A stretch of 64,000 bases of DNA, taken from assembly GCA_965240325.2 (NCBI GenBank), contig OZ251227.1:1116001-1180000 (forward strand). Direction: 5' to 3'. Positions 24,801 through 34,660 of the stretch are shown here, piece by piece. The position numbers were made by a program, and so were the translations under genes. Every line of letters begins with the position of its first letter. The stretch's first letter is position 1. This stretch comes from Rebecca billardiae RCC1528 (Eukaryota; Protista; Haptophyta). Under the pieces are notes generated by a model that saw nothing but the letters and a program-made list of their open reading frames with translations, was not told the origin of the DNA and searched no databases.

Positions 24801-27079
24801 TTGAGGCCCTGTGGTGGGCGTGCTGCGCGCGGCGCCTGCGCGCGGCGGCCGCGTCGTGGCTGGCCGCGCACGCGCATGCCACGCCCACCGAGCACTCCGT
24901 CGGCTGGGGTGGCGCGCTGGGCCCGGCCGAGTCGGCAGAGGACCTGCGAGCGCAGGCGCGCTTCATCGGCTTGTGCGGCGCTGACGTGCGCGCACTTCCC
25001 CCGGAGAGCGCAGGTGGCGACGAAGCTGGGCAGGCGCGTTTGCGGGCTCTGCGCATGGTGGCCCCCGACGACTCGTCGTCGTGGCACACCCCCGGCCAGG
25101 GCGTGCGCGATCTGGACGACGCAGTGACGCTGGCAGTGCGAGCGGCGGAGTACACGTGCGACGGGTACGTCAGCAGCCCGGGCAACACGTGCGATGGCCC
25201 TGAGTGGTACGCGGCAGTCGCTCGCGCCGCCGGCGTGCACCTCCTCGTCTTCGACATGGCCTACGCACGCCGAGCTCGCGACGTGCACGGCGTCGCCATG
25301 CGTGAGCACGTGCGGTGGTATCCTCCGACGGCAGTGCGCGTGCCGCCGGCGCCGGCGGCGCCACGCGCTCGCGGGGGCGCCGGCGCGAAGCGCCGGCGCG
25401 CCGACACGCCCGACGCAGGCGCCGCGCACGCGGACGCACGTCCGCTGTGCGAAGCGCGCCTGAGCCTGGGACGCGAGACGCACGCACGCGTCCTGCGCAC
25501 GCTCGACGTCGGGGCGATGGGCACCGGCTGGGTGGCCATCGTGCGCAACGTGTGTCCTCGCCGGCAGTTCTACGCAGTGGTTGCGCCGCAGGCCACCCCG
25601 CGCGCGCACGGGGTGTTGCCGGCGTCGCGCTGGAGTGCGTTCCAGCCGGCTGCGGACGCGCACGTGAGGCTGGCGTCCAGGCGGCGCGGGTGCGAGGTGG
25701 ATGCGCTGGACCCGAGCGCGTTCGGCACCGAGGTGGTCCCTCTCGACGGCTCCGACGGGGCATGGCGGTGCGACGTGGGCTTGGGGCTGCGCCTGGCCTT
25801 GGGCGAGACCGCCGCTGACGTGACGGCGGAGCGATGCCGCGCTGACGTGACGGCGGGTGATGCCGCGCCACGCGGCGCAGCCGCGCCGCGCGCCGCGGCG
25901 GCGACGGACGCCACCGTGGACGCGGGTGCGGCGGCGCCGGCGCCCGCCGGGCACGGGGCTGCGCCGGCTGCGGTGGCTCCGGCGGCCGCCGCACACGTGC
26001 ACGCGCCGGTGGACGACGCCGCGGTCCTGCTCGAGCGCCTGGGCTTCCCCGTGCTGCCCCTGCCGCCGGCGTTGCCGCCCGAGGCGCGGGCTGGTGCACA
26101 GACCGGAGCACCCGGCGGCGTGGATGGCGACGGCAACGTCGCCGCGGCCATCCGCGAGCTCTTCGGCGGCGGCACGAGCGTGCAGGACGTTCCCGGCGAT
26201 GGCGACTGCTACTTTCACGCGTGGCTCGCGCACGACACGCGTGGCGTGCGGGCCGACCTGCCCGCCGCCAACGCGCGCGCGCAGACGCTGCGCGACGGCG
26301 TGTGCTCGTACATCGCGTCGTGGGAGGACGAGCACGGACCGGGCGAGACGCTCGGCACGGCGTCGGCCACGGCGTCGGCGGCAAGCGCGCTCGGCATGCT
26401 TGGCGTCAAGCCAGCATCCATCCCCCGGGCCCGCACCGGCCAAGGACTCGAAGTGCAGGACGAGGACTGGCAGGAGGTGCTGCCACTGCCACTGCGACAT
26501 ACTGGAGGCGTGCGGACGCTGGGAGCAGCGGCGCGCGCGTACGCGCGCGGCGCCCGGTACACGGGCGACGGCGCTGGCGCGCATGCGGCGCGCGCTGGTG
26601 CGTGGTCGGCGTGGGGCTCGCACGTCGCGACGGCGCGCGCCACGGGCCTGCCGCTGGTGGTCCTTGAGCTGCGCGGCGGGGCTACGCCGGAGGAGGCGGC
26701 GTGGCGCGCGTTCACCGACAACGTCTGGTTCTACCCCGTGCAGACGCGGCCGGGCCTTCGCTGGCGGCGGACTGACGACGGCGGGCGCAAGGGCAGCGTC
26801 GCCGTGAGCACGCATGCGCACCTGCGCCTGCGTGACGAGCGCACGCGGCGCGCCTTGCAGCGTCTGGACGTCACGCAGTTGGGCACGACGTGGATGGCCG
26901 TGGTGTACGACGGCCGTTGCCACTTCGGCGCGGTGGTGTCGGCGACGGCGCCCCTGGAGGCGCGTTCGGCGCGCGACAACAACGAGGGGCGTCTGGCGCA
27001 CTTCATGCGAGCTACATCACCCTTGCAGGGGTACGTTGAGTGCGCACCACGCCGCCTGAGCACGCCAGGTGCCAGCTAA
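15696..27079 (+). CDS. MULE transposase polyprotein (2OG-Fe(II) dioxygenase + Zn-finger DBD + DDE + SWIM + PHD-like + HhH + 2x OTU), ~3,600 aa
   Basis: Predicted exons 15696-15778, 15885-15948, 16167-21327, 21438-27079, all joining in frame (10,950 nt); alternative start ATG 16173. Intron 21328-21437 joins FSDACFLHRPASGGAKRA^GMLFVTLAVNANRQLF. Also ISDGQKGL...HLFLCTFH, TSAPAESF, SWIM CCALLRRKRLPCMH, DBD CPTPGC...W...HGSMC. Catalytic D 21279, D 21611, E 21914. Confidence 0.88.
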
Positions 27080-30000
27080 CAGAACGACAGGCGCCGACTC
27101 ACGGCACCGGCCGGCCGGCCTGCGTCCGAGCTGACGACGACATAGCACGGGCCGGCACAGTGTGGGCCCCCGGCGGCGTGTATCAGTGTTGTCGCGCGTG
27201 GCGCTGCTTGCATCCCGCTAAGACCTGCGCTAAGACCTTCTCGGCGGGCCCCGCCGTAGGCCCTTGTGGCGCCGTCACTGCGAGTGGCGCAGAGGCGCTG
27301 GCCGGGGGGGTGCCTGTGGCCGTGTGCTCGGAGAACCGGGCTCAGGCCACGGCGATTCCGACGAGCCACTCCGCCGGCACCCCGGGTGCCGAGCTCGTGG
27401 CCAGATGCTGCCAGCGGTGGCGGCCACCCGCGTGGCCGCCCCGGGTGGCGCGCAGCCTGTGCACGCCACCGCGACGCGCGCGCGCGCACGGGGGCGGTCG
27501 GGCGCGACTGAGCCAGGGCTGCGCGTACACGCCGCTCGGCGTGCGCACGGCTGGCGCCGCCCGATGTGGTGTGTGCGCGCACCTGTGGGCGGCGCGTGGG
27601 CACGTCAGGACGCGCCCTTGTGGGTCGGCGTCTACTGCGCGGCCGGCGGGGGCTGGCCCGCGGGGGCTTCGTCGGCCTGCGCGGCCGGCGCACGGAGCGA
27701 CAGTGCAGCGGCCTGGCGGGCACACGCGAGTCAGGGGGCGGCACTCGGCGCCGCGCGCGCTGGCCGAATGCGACCGGCGGCGGCGCGCCACGCCGTGCCG
27801 TGGGTGCGCGCGACGTGGGCGCAGCGGACGCAGCGCTCACCGACGGGCCCGCAGCCGGGGCGTGCGCGCCGTGCGGTGCTTCGCCTGTTGGCAGCTGGAC
27901 GCACGCCGCGTGCGCCGACGCGTGCGGGCCGGGCTGTGCGCCACCTGCGCTGCGGTCCATCATGAACTGCGTCAACGCCTGCATAGACGCCACCATCGCG
28001 CTCGCGATCTCGTCACGTTTCATTGCGGCCGCGCGATCCTCGTCGCGTCGGCGCGCCGCCTCCGCGCGCTCCTGCTGGCGCCAGGCCTCGTCCGCCGCGC
28101 GCTCCTGCCGGCGCCGCTCGTCGTCCGCCGCGCGCCAGGCCTCGTAGTCCTTCTGGCGCTTGGCGTCGTTCGCAGCGAGTTGTCCGATCGCTTGTGCCAT
28201 TGCGTTGGGGATGCCGTGCACCATCTCAGCGAGCTGGGCGTGGGCCGCAGCGAGCTCGGTGCACATGCGCGTCGCCTGTTCGGGTGGCCCGGGTGCGCGC
28301 GCGACGGCGGATGGCCGTGTGACGGCGACGCGGCCCGGGTCGCCGACCGGCCGGCGCGCCACCACACGCCCACCGGCGGCGCCGCCCGCGCCGCCCGCGT
28401 CGGCGCCGCGTTCGTTCAGGCGACGCTTGCGCGCTGGCGCCGCCTGTACGTGCCGCGCCAGCGAGGGCGCGCGCCTGTGGAGCGCGGCGGCGTACATCTT
28501 CGGCGCGTCCACGCCGCTGCTTTTGCCGGTGACTGGGTCCGCCGGGTGCGTCCAGAGCCGATCCTGGCAGAACGGGACGATGTCAGCCCACACGCTGATG
28601 CACAAGGGGCGAAAGTCCACAATCGCACCCACGGGCGGCGCGGCAGGTGGCGTCCCGGCAGGCGGCGGGCGCGCCAGGGCGGCTGCCTTCACGGGGTCGC
28701 GCATGTGCGGGACGAAGAACAGCGTGCCGAAGTTGCCGGCGTCGGCGTCGTCGCCGGCCGCCGCGCGGCTGTGCGTTGACAGCGCCTCCGTCGACTTCCA
28801 CGAGCGCGTCTTCGAAGGCACGTAGGTGAACTCGAGCACCTCGTCCCGGTGGAGTGCCCGCGAGCTCGTGTCGGCGTTGAGCACGCGGTCGTAAGCACCG
28901 GCGTTATCCTCGGAGACGGCGAGGAGCTCGAAGGTGAGCCGCTTCTTCCGCTCGGGCGCGACGAGCCGTGCGCTGACGATGCGCACCTTGGTGAGGTAGT
29001 CCGCCGCCTCGAAGGACGCACCATCGCCCACGCTGACGTCGGCGAGGGCGTCGTATCGCAGGTGTGCCGCCTTGACGCGCAGCACGAGCGCCGAGGCGCA
29101 CGCGATGGCCGCCGCGACGCACGTGTGCTTCGAGGCGAGCATCAGCTCTTGTTCATGGACGGGCAGCTCGCCGACGACGCCTGCGACGCGCACGCGCGTC
29201 CCACCGCCCGGCCGGGGGAGAGGCCTGTCAAACGAGCGCTGCGGGCGGCCGGCGACCATGATCTGGTGGAGCGTGTGCAGCAGGTCCGCCGACGCCGCCG
29301 TGCCCCCAATCACGTCGTAGTTCGACTGCACGTACGTGAGCGCCGCCTCCGCGATGGCCGCGGCGTTCGTCATGAGCCCGGGCGGGTCGCCATCGGGCGC
29401 CCAATGGCATGGCCCGATGCCGAGCGCGCTGCACACCGCGGAGGCGCCCATGAGCACGTCCGTGGACGTCGGGACCACGTCCCGGCGCGGGCGGGGCGGC
29501 AACGCGTCCGTCTCGTCCGGGCTGGGCGGCGAGTCGTGGAGCGCGGGGGCGGCGTGCTGGACGGGGGGCGCAATGGCCCGCGGCGGCGCTGACTGCAGCT
29601 CGCACGCAGCAACCTCACGCCGGCTGACGGCGGCGGCGAAGGCGTCGACCGTGAGGTCCGTGCACGTCGCAGCCGTCATCGCGCCCGCCGCACCACTGGG
29701 CGGCCGCGTGGCGAAGGTGAGGAGGCGCCAGCCCTTCTCGAAGCGGATGGCGTACGCGTGCGCGCCGACGACGGGCTCCGACTCGTCGGTGTCGTCGGTG
29801 TCCACGGACCGGTAGTCCACCACGGCCACGGCGGCGTGCAGCAAAGGCGACGTCCCCTGCTCAGCGGGCGCCCGCAGCGGCGTGGGCACAAGCGCGCACC
29901 AGGAGGGCGCCTGTGCAACCACGGCGGGGAGGCCGAACACCGCCTGTCCCGAGCGCCGCATCGAGGGCAACGCAAGCGCCCGGTGAACCCAGGGCGCGTC

Positions 30001-32775
30001 GCCGCCTGCGACGCCATCGTCGTCGGCCTCAGCGTCCGCTAAGGCGACTCGCACGTCCGCGTCGAGGACGTAGGGCAACGGGCCGTGCACACCGAAGTGC
30101 TCGCCTGCTGCGCGCAGGGCGAGCTCAGAGACAGAGCCGCCGACGCTCGCGGCGGCGCCGGCGTAGAACTCGCGCACCGCATCGTCCACCTCGCTGCGCG
30201 TGTACATGGCGCCCGAGGCGCACAGCTCGCGCACAGCGTCGGCATCCGTGAGCACGCCGAAGTGCTTGTTGTTCGTGGCATCGCACACCACGTTCACCAC
30301 GCGGACCGTGCCGCCGCCGCCGCCGAGATGCCGTGACGCGAACGCGCGGTTGAACCTGAGGATGGCCGGCACCAATCGGCCGTTGTTCGGTTGCGGCCCG
30401 TGCTTCGTCGTCCGCGCGTCCGCATCCGCCACCGCGCTGGGGCGCACCAGCACGTGCGCGTGCGCCTGCGCCGGCGCGGCGGGCGTGTCTCCGCCGAACC
30501 TCCGGCGTTTCCCGTAGATGCCGCTGAAGAAATGATCCACGTGCTGCAAGACATCGCTCATCGCGAACAGCTCGCGTGAGCCGCCGTCGCCGCTGCCGTA
30601 GACGCCGCCGCCGTCGTCAGCGTGGCCGCCACCGCCGGGTTGCGCGGCGGCGGGCGCCTGCTGTGGTGCATGGGAGTGCGACCCCGCTGCGCCAGCCGCC
30701 GCTCCACCCATCGACGCCGTCGCCGCCCGTGCCACCTCGCCCGAGGCAGCACCACCGGAGTCATCTGAGTTGACGCCCGCGGGGCCGTCGGCGGCCGCAG
30801 CCGGCGCCGGCGGCGCCGGCGCCGCCGCGGTGACGCCGGTGGCAGCCGCCCGCGCCTCGGCGGGTGCGCGTGGCGGCTCGGCGCGTTCGGCGCGCGTCGC
30901 GGTCGACGCCGTCGCCGCCCGTGCCACCTCGCCCGAGGCAGCACCACCGGCGTCATCTGAGTTGACGCCCGCGGGGCCGTCGGCGGCCGCAGCCGGCGCC
31001 GGCGGCGCCGGCGCCGCCGCGGTGACGCCGGTGGCAGCCGCCGGCGCCTCGGCGGGTGCGCGTGGCGGCTCGGCGCGTTCGGCGCGCGTCGCGGGGCCGC
31101 CGGCGGCCGCAGGCGGCGGCGCCGGCGCCGCCGCGGTGACGCCGGTGGCACCCGCCAGCGTTTCGACGGGTGCGCGTGGCGGCTCGGCGCGTTCGTCGCT
31201 TGTCGCGGGGCCGCCGGCGGCCGAAGGCGGCGCCGCCGGCGCCGCCGTGACGCCGGCGACCGCCGTCGGCGCCGGCGGCGGCGGCGGCGCCGGCGCCAGC
31301 GTTGCGACGGGTGCGCGTGGCGGCTCGGCGCGTTCGTCGCTTGTCGCGGGGCCGCCGGCGGCCGCAGGCGGCGCCGCCGGCGCCGCCGTGACGCCTGCGA
31401 CCGCCGTCGGCGCCGACGGCGGCGCCGGCGCCGAGGTGACGCCGGGCAGCGCTTCGGCGGGTGGCGCAAGTGGCGGCTGGCGGCGCATGGCCCGCGTCCG
31501 CACGCCGCCGCGCCCGTTGTGGTGAGCCGCCCCCTGCGCGCCGCGCTGCCCCGCAGCCTCCTGCTGGATGCCCTGGGCGGCGTAGCTGCCGCCGCCCACG
31601 CGCGTGCTGCCGTGGCGGGCCGGCCGGCCGTCGGCGCCCTGCTCGGCGCCCTGCTCGGCGCCCGGCTGGGCGCCCTGCTCGGCGCCCTGCTCGGCGCCCG
31701 GCTCGGTGCCCTGCTCGGCGGCCTGCTTGCCATGCCCGGCGCCCGGCTGGGCGCCCTGCTCGGCGCCCTGCTCGGCGCCCTGCTCGGCGCCCTGCTTGCC
31801 CTGCTCGGCGCCCGGCCCGGCGCCCGGCCCGGCGCCCTGCCCGGCGCCCGGCTGGGCGCCCTGCTCGGCGCCCTGCTCGGCGCCCGGCTCGGCGCCCTGC
31901 TCGGCGGCCTGCTTGCCCTGCTCGGCGCCCGGCTCGGCGCCCGGCCCGGCGCCCGGCTGGGCGCCCTGCTTGCCCTGCTCGGCGCCCTGCTCGGCGCCCG
32001 GCTCGGCGCCCTGCTCGGCGGCCTGCTTGCCCTGCCCGGCGCCCTGCCCGGCGCCCGGCTGGGCGCCCTGCTCGGCGCCCTGCTCGGCGCCCGGCTCGGC
32101 GCCCGGCTCGGCGCCCTGCTCGGCGGCCTGCTTGCCCTGCTCGGCGCCCGGCTCGGCGCCGAGCAGGGCGCCGAGCAGGGCGCCCTGCTCGGCGCCCTGC
32201 TCGGCGCCCTGCCCCTGCTCGGCGCACTGCTCGCCGGCGGGCGGCGCACGCACGTGCGCCGCTGGCACCCTCTTCAACGAGCCTGCGCCCTCGACTGTTC
32301 CATCCGCGGACGCACCGACGGTGTCGCCAGGGACCGCAGCCCACGCATGAGCAGACACTCCCTCGGCAGCCCGGAGGACGTACGTCTGCACTCGCCCGTG
32401 TGCGCCGACCCCAAGCGCCGCGACCACAGCACGGACTGCCGGTGCACCCTGCTCGTACACCACGTCCACAGCAGCCCCGTTCGCGAAGCTCGTCGCAGTC
32501 GGAGTCGTCCCCGCAGGCGGCGGCGGCCTGCGCGCGGCACGCGGGCACGACGCCGCGCAACGACGCAGAACGCACGGCGTGACGACATGCGCGAGCGCAC
32601 GCCGCGCGCGCGAACGAAGACACACGCGCGCGCGATGCGCCGCGCGCGACCACGCGGCGCGCGCACGACGCCCGCGCGCGTGGCAGGCGTACCCCCTTAA
32701 CGTCGTGCGAGGCATCGATCGTCCCTCGTGGCGAGCTCGGGAGCAAGTTTTGCGGCGCGCCCCCCGGCGTCGCAT
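27076..32775 (-). CDS. Second (accessory) MULE gene, ~1,800 aa, unknown function; Tudor-like N-terminus, peptide repeats, C-terminal coiled coil
   Basis: Uninterrupted 1,899-codon ORF starting inside the right TIR (ATG 32775 or 32715); probable in-frame introns 32692-32528 and 27582-27457; protein-like globular segments and coiled coil ([36 protein letters not shown]). Confidence 0.75.
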   Translation of the reverse strand: MRRRGARRKTCSRARHEGRSMPRTTLRGYACHARGRRARAAWSRAAHRARVCLRSRARRALAHVVTPCVLRRCAASCPRAARRPPPPAGTTPTATSFANGAAVDVVYEQGAPAVRAVVAALGVGAHGRVQTYVLRAAEGVSAHAWAAVPGDTVGASADGTVEGAGSLKRVPAAHVRAPPAGEQCAEQGQGAEQGAEQGALLGALLGAEPGAEQGKQAAEQGAEPGAEPGAEQGAEQGAQPGAGQGAGQGKQAAEQGAEPGAEQGAEQGKQGAQPGAGPGAEPGAEQGKQAAEQGAEPGAEQGAEQGAQPGAGQGAGPGAGPGAEQGKQGAEQGAEQGAEQGAQPGAGHGKQAAEQGTEPGAEQGAEQGAQPGAEQGAEQGADGRPARHGSTRVGGGSYAAQGIQQEAAGQRGAQGAAHHNGRGGVRTRAMRRQPPLAPPAEALPGVTSAPAPPSAPTAVAGVTAAPAAPPAAAGGPATSDERAEPPRAPVATLAPAPPPPPAPTAVAGVTAAPAAPPSAAGGPATSDERAEPPRAPVETLAGATGVTAAAPAPPPAAAGGPATRAERAEPPRAPAEAPAAATGVTAAAPAPPAPAAAADGPAGVNSDDAGGAASGEVARAATASTATRAERAEPPRAPAEARAAATGVTAAAPAPPAPAAAADGPAGVNSDDSGGAASGEVARAATASMGGAAAGAAGSHSHAPQQAPAAAQPGGGGHADDGGGVYGSGDGGSRELFAMSDVLQHVDHFFSGIYGKRRRFGGDTPAAPAQAHAHVLVRPSAVADADARTTKHGPQPNNGRLVPAILRFNRAFASRHLGGGGGTVRVVNVVCDATNNKHFGVLTDADAVRELCASGAMYTRSEVDDAVREFYAGAAASVGGSVSELALRAAGEHFGVHGPLPYVLDADVRVALADAEADDDGVAGGDAPWVHRALALPSMRRSGQAVFGLPAVVAQAPSWCALVPTPLRAPAEQGTSPLLHAAVAVVDYRSVDTDDTDESEPVVGAHAYAIRFEKGWRLLTFATRPPSGAAGAMTAATCTDLTVDAFAAAVSRREVAACELQSAPPRAIAPPVQHAAPALHDSPPSPDETDALPPRPRRDVVPTSTDVLMGASAVCSALGIGPCHWAPDGDPPGLMTNAAAIAEAALTYVQSNYDVIGGTAASADLLHTLHQIMVAGRPQRSFDRPLPRPGGGTRVRVAGVVGELPVHEQELMLASKHTCVAAAIACASALVLRVKAAHLRYDALADVSVGDGASFEAADYLTKVRIVSARLVAPERKKRLTFELLAVSEDNAGAYDRVLNADTSSRALHRDEVLEFTYVPSKTRSWKSTEALSTHSRAAAGDDADAGNFGTLFFVPHMRDPVKAAALARPPPAGTPPAAPPVGAIVDFRPLCISVWADIVPFCQDRLWTHPADPVTGKSSGVDAPKMYAAALHRRAPSLARHVQAAPARKRRLNERGADAGGAGGAAGGRVVARRPVGDPGRVAVTRPSAVARAPGPPEQATRMCTELAAAHAQLAEMVHGIPNAMAQAIGQLAANDAKRQKDYEAWRAADDERRRQERAADEAWRQQERAEAARRRDEDRAAAMKRDEIASAMVASMQALTQFMMDRSAGGAQPGPHASAHAACVQLPTGEAPHGAHAPAAGPSVSAASAAPTSRAPTARRGAPPPVAFGQRARRRVPPPDSRVPARPLHCRSVRRPRRPTKPPRASPRRPRSRRRPTRARPDVPTRRPQVRAHTTSGGASRAHAERRVRAALAQSRPTAPVRARASRWRAQAARHPGRPRGWPPPLAASGHELGTRGAGGVARRNRRGLSPVLRAHGHRHPPGQRLCATRSDGATRAYGGARREGLSAGLSGMQAAPRATTLIHAAGGPHCAGPCYVVVSSDAGRPAGAVSRRLSFC
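30711..31440. repeat. Coding tandem duplications (192-bp x2 and 141-bp x2) in the accessory gene
   Basis: Segment starting at 30711 recurs at 30903; segment at ~31165 recurs at ~31306; both periods are multiples of 3. Confidence 0.85.
31630..32225. repeat. 12-bp coding minisatellite (GGCGCC + 6-nt cassette) encoding ([12 protein letters not shown])n
   Basis: About 50 units such as GGCGCCCTGCTC and GGCGCCCGGCTC. Confidence 0.92.
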
Positions 32776-33118
32776 TTCTCTAACTAATTGACGAGCAACG
32801 TTCCGGCGGCGGTCCGGGCGGGAGGAGTCGACGGCGTCGTTTCGTCGCGGGTGGGCGTCAGGCTGCGCGCAATACGAAAGTACCCACCCCCGCTCATTAG
32901 GGTACTCCGCCCGAATACAAGGCGGGCGTTCGCGCCGGTTCGCCGCGAGCGGTATCTTCCGCGTTGCGGGCGAGCGGCGCCATTTGCTCGCTCCCGAAGC
33001 TTCTGGCCGTCGGAAAACTGGCGGGGGTGCCAGTCCGGAAATCGCCGTGCTGAGATGCGGAGGTTTGTCGGAGTTCTGGTTGCTCGGTCGGTCCTCGTCG
33101 GACTTCCGGGGTTTTCCC
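32630..33118 (-). repeat. Right TIR of the MULE
   Basis: Inverted copy of 15353-15841, ending ...GACTTCCGGGGTTTTCCC. Confidence 0.95.
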
Positions 33119-33200
33119 TATAAAATTAAATCACATTTTGACTTTTCGTCTGCGCTTTTGACTTTCCACGCCGCGTGTTTCGAGCGGGCCGCTGACCGAA

Positions 33201-34179
33201 ATGCCGCGGCGCGTGCACCTGGAGGGCACGGCGGCAGAATGCCGATGCGCGCCGTGTTCGGTGATCCGAATAGCCATCTCGCCGATGGTGCTCTTCGTGA
33301 TCGGGCTTGTCGTCCTCTCGTACATCCCACTGGTCGTGTGGCGCAAGCACACGGGCGGAGTGCTGGACGTTGCGCACCTGGTCTTCTTCCACGCGATGCT
33401 CGTGATGCTGCTCATGTCGTACTTCATGACGCTGTGCGTGGACCCCGGGACGCCGCCGGACTGGTGGGTGCAACAGCAGCTCGAGAGTGGGAACCCCGAG
33501 CAGTACAGACGGTGCGCCAAGTCGGACAAGCTCAAGCCGCCGCGCGCGCACTTCTGCTCCGTGACGCAGCGGCTCGTGCTGAACATGGACCACTTCTGCC
33601 CGTGGGTGGACAATACGGTGGGGTACTACAACCGCAAGTTTTTCATCCTTTTCCTCGTCTACAGCTGCATCACGTGCCTCTACGCCGCAGGTGCGCATGC
33701 CTGCCGCCCGGCACGTTCCGTCAAGCGCGGGCGCCGACGTGTGTCGTTCGTCCCGCCCCTGCGCCCATGCAGGCATGCTGTACTTCGAGGGCGCACTGGA
33801 CGTGCGCGCGCAGCGCTCGGAGGGCTTCGCGCCGGCGACGACGAGGCTTATGGCCATGATGGTCGACGGCGCCCTCGGCGTCGCCCTCATCTTCTTCGCC
33901 TTCTTCCACCTGAACATGGCGGCAAAGAACGAGACGACGATTGAGAGCTTTGGGTACGCCGACCCGAGATACGATCTTGGCGCTGAGGCCAACCTGGAGC
34001 AGGTGTTCGGCCGGAACAAGCTCATGTGGCTACTCCCCGTGTACGGCGATGGGCCCTGCGGCGACGGTATGCACTGGCCCATGCGTGAGCTCCGGCCTGC
34101 GGAGGATGACCCGTCGAGGCTGAATCCGTCCGTCCTCGCAGGCGATGCGCTGAGTGATGACACAGACGGCAGCAGTTGA
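33201..34179 (+). CDS. DHHC-family protein S-acyltransferase (DHFC variant)
   Basis: Exons 33201-33690 and 33773-34179 (GT-AG intron 33691-33772). TM helices, DPG motif, KPPRAHFCSVTQRLVLNMDHFCPWVDNTVGYYNRKFFILFL, NETTIE, YDLG..NL.QVFG, GDGMHWP. Confidence 0.93.
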
Positions 34180-34660
34180 CGAGGCCCCTCCGAGGCCGCC
34201 TGGCTGCTCAGCTTGATGCCGACGACCCGGCCGCATGCGGTGATGATCATGATGACGATGGCGATATAGTGCGCCTGAGGGCCCGGGCCTCATCAGGGCC
34301 GCTGAGACAGCTGAGGCCGTGGCCCGGGAGCGGCCGCGGGCGGCGGGGGCGACGGGCCGCCGCCGCGGGCGGGGGCTCGGCCACATCATCAGAATAATCC
34401 TCCGGCACGCCCTCGCCCTGATGATAGTGTCAGCATCACGACAAAGCCGTGCCAGGATGATCTGTGATGAGTCTGTGGCTTCTGATTGCCCGCGAGTGTC
34501 AGTGCCTACTGGTACTGTACGCGTCTCAGTGACGACGTACTGAGACGTTATTGTGGATGACCTCGTCATCACCGCATCACCGCCGCATCACCGCATCACG
34601 GTGCGGCATCACGCACCCGACACGGATCGAGTCATCGCACGTTGGCTCAGCTCGGCGGCG

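Larger units (their letters stand above)
15353..33118. mobile_element. Giant Mutator-like (MULE/MuDR) DNA transposon, ~17.8 kb, two convergent genes
   Basis: ~489-bp near-identical TIRs starting GGGAA (15353-15841, 32630-33118); internal MULE DDE transposase; imperfect 11-bp TSD TATAAAGTCAT/TATAAAATTAA. Confidence 0.93.
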
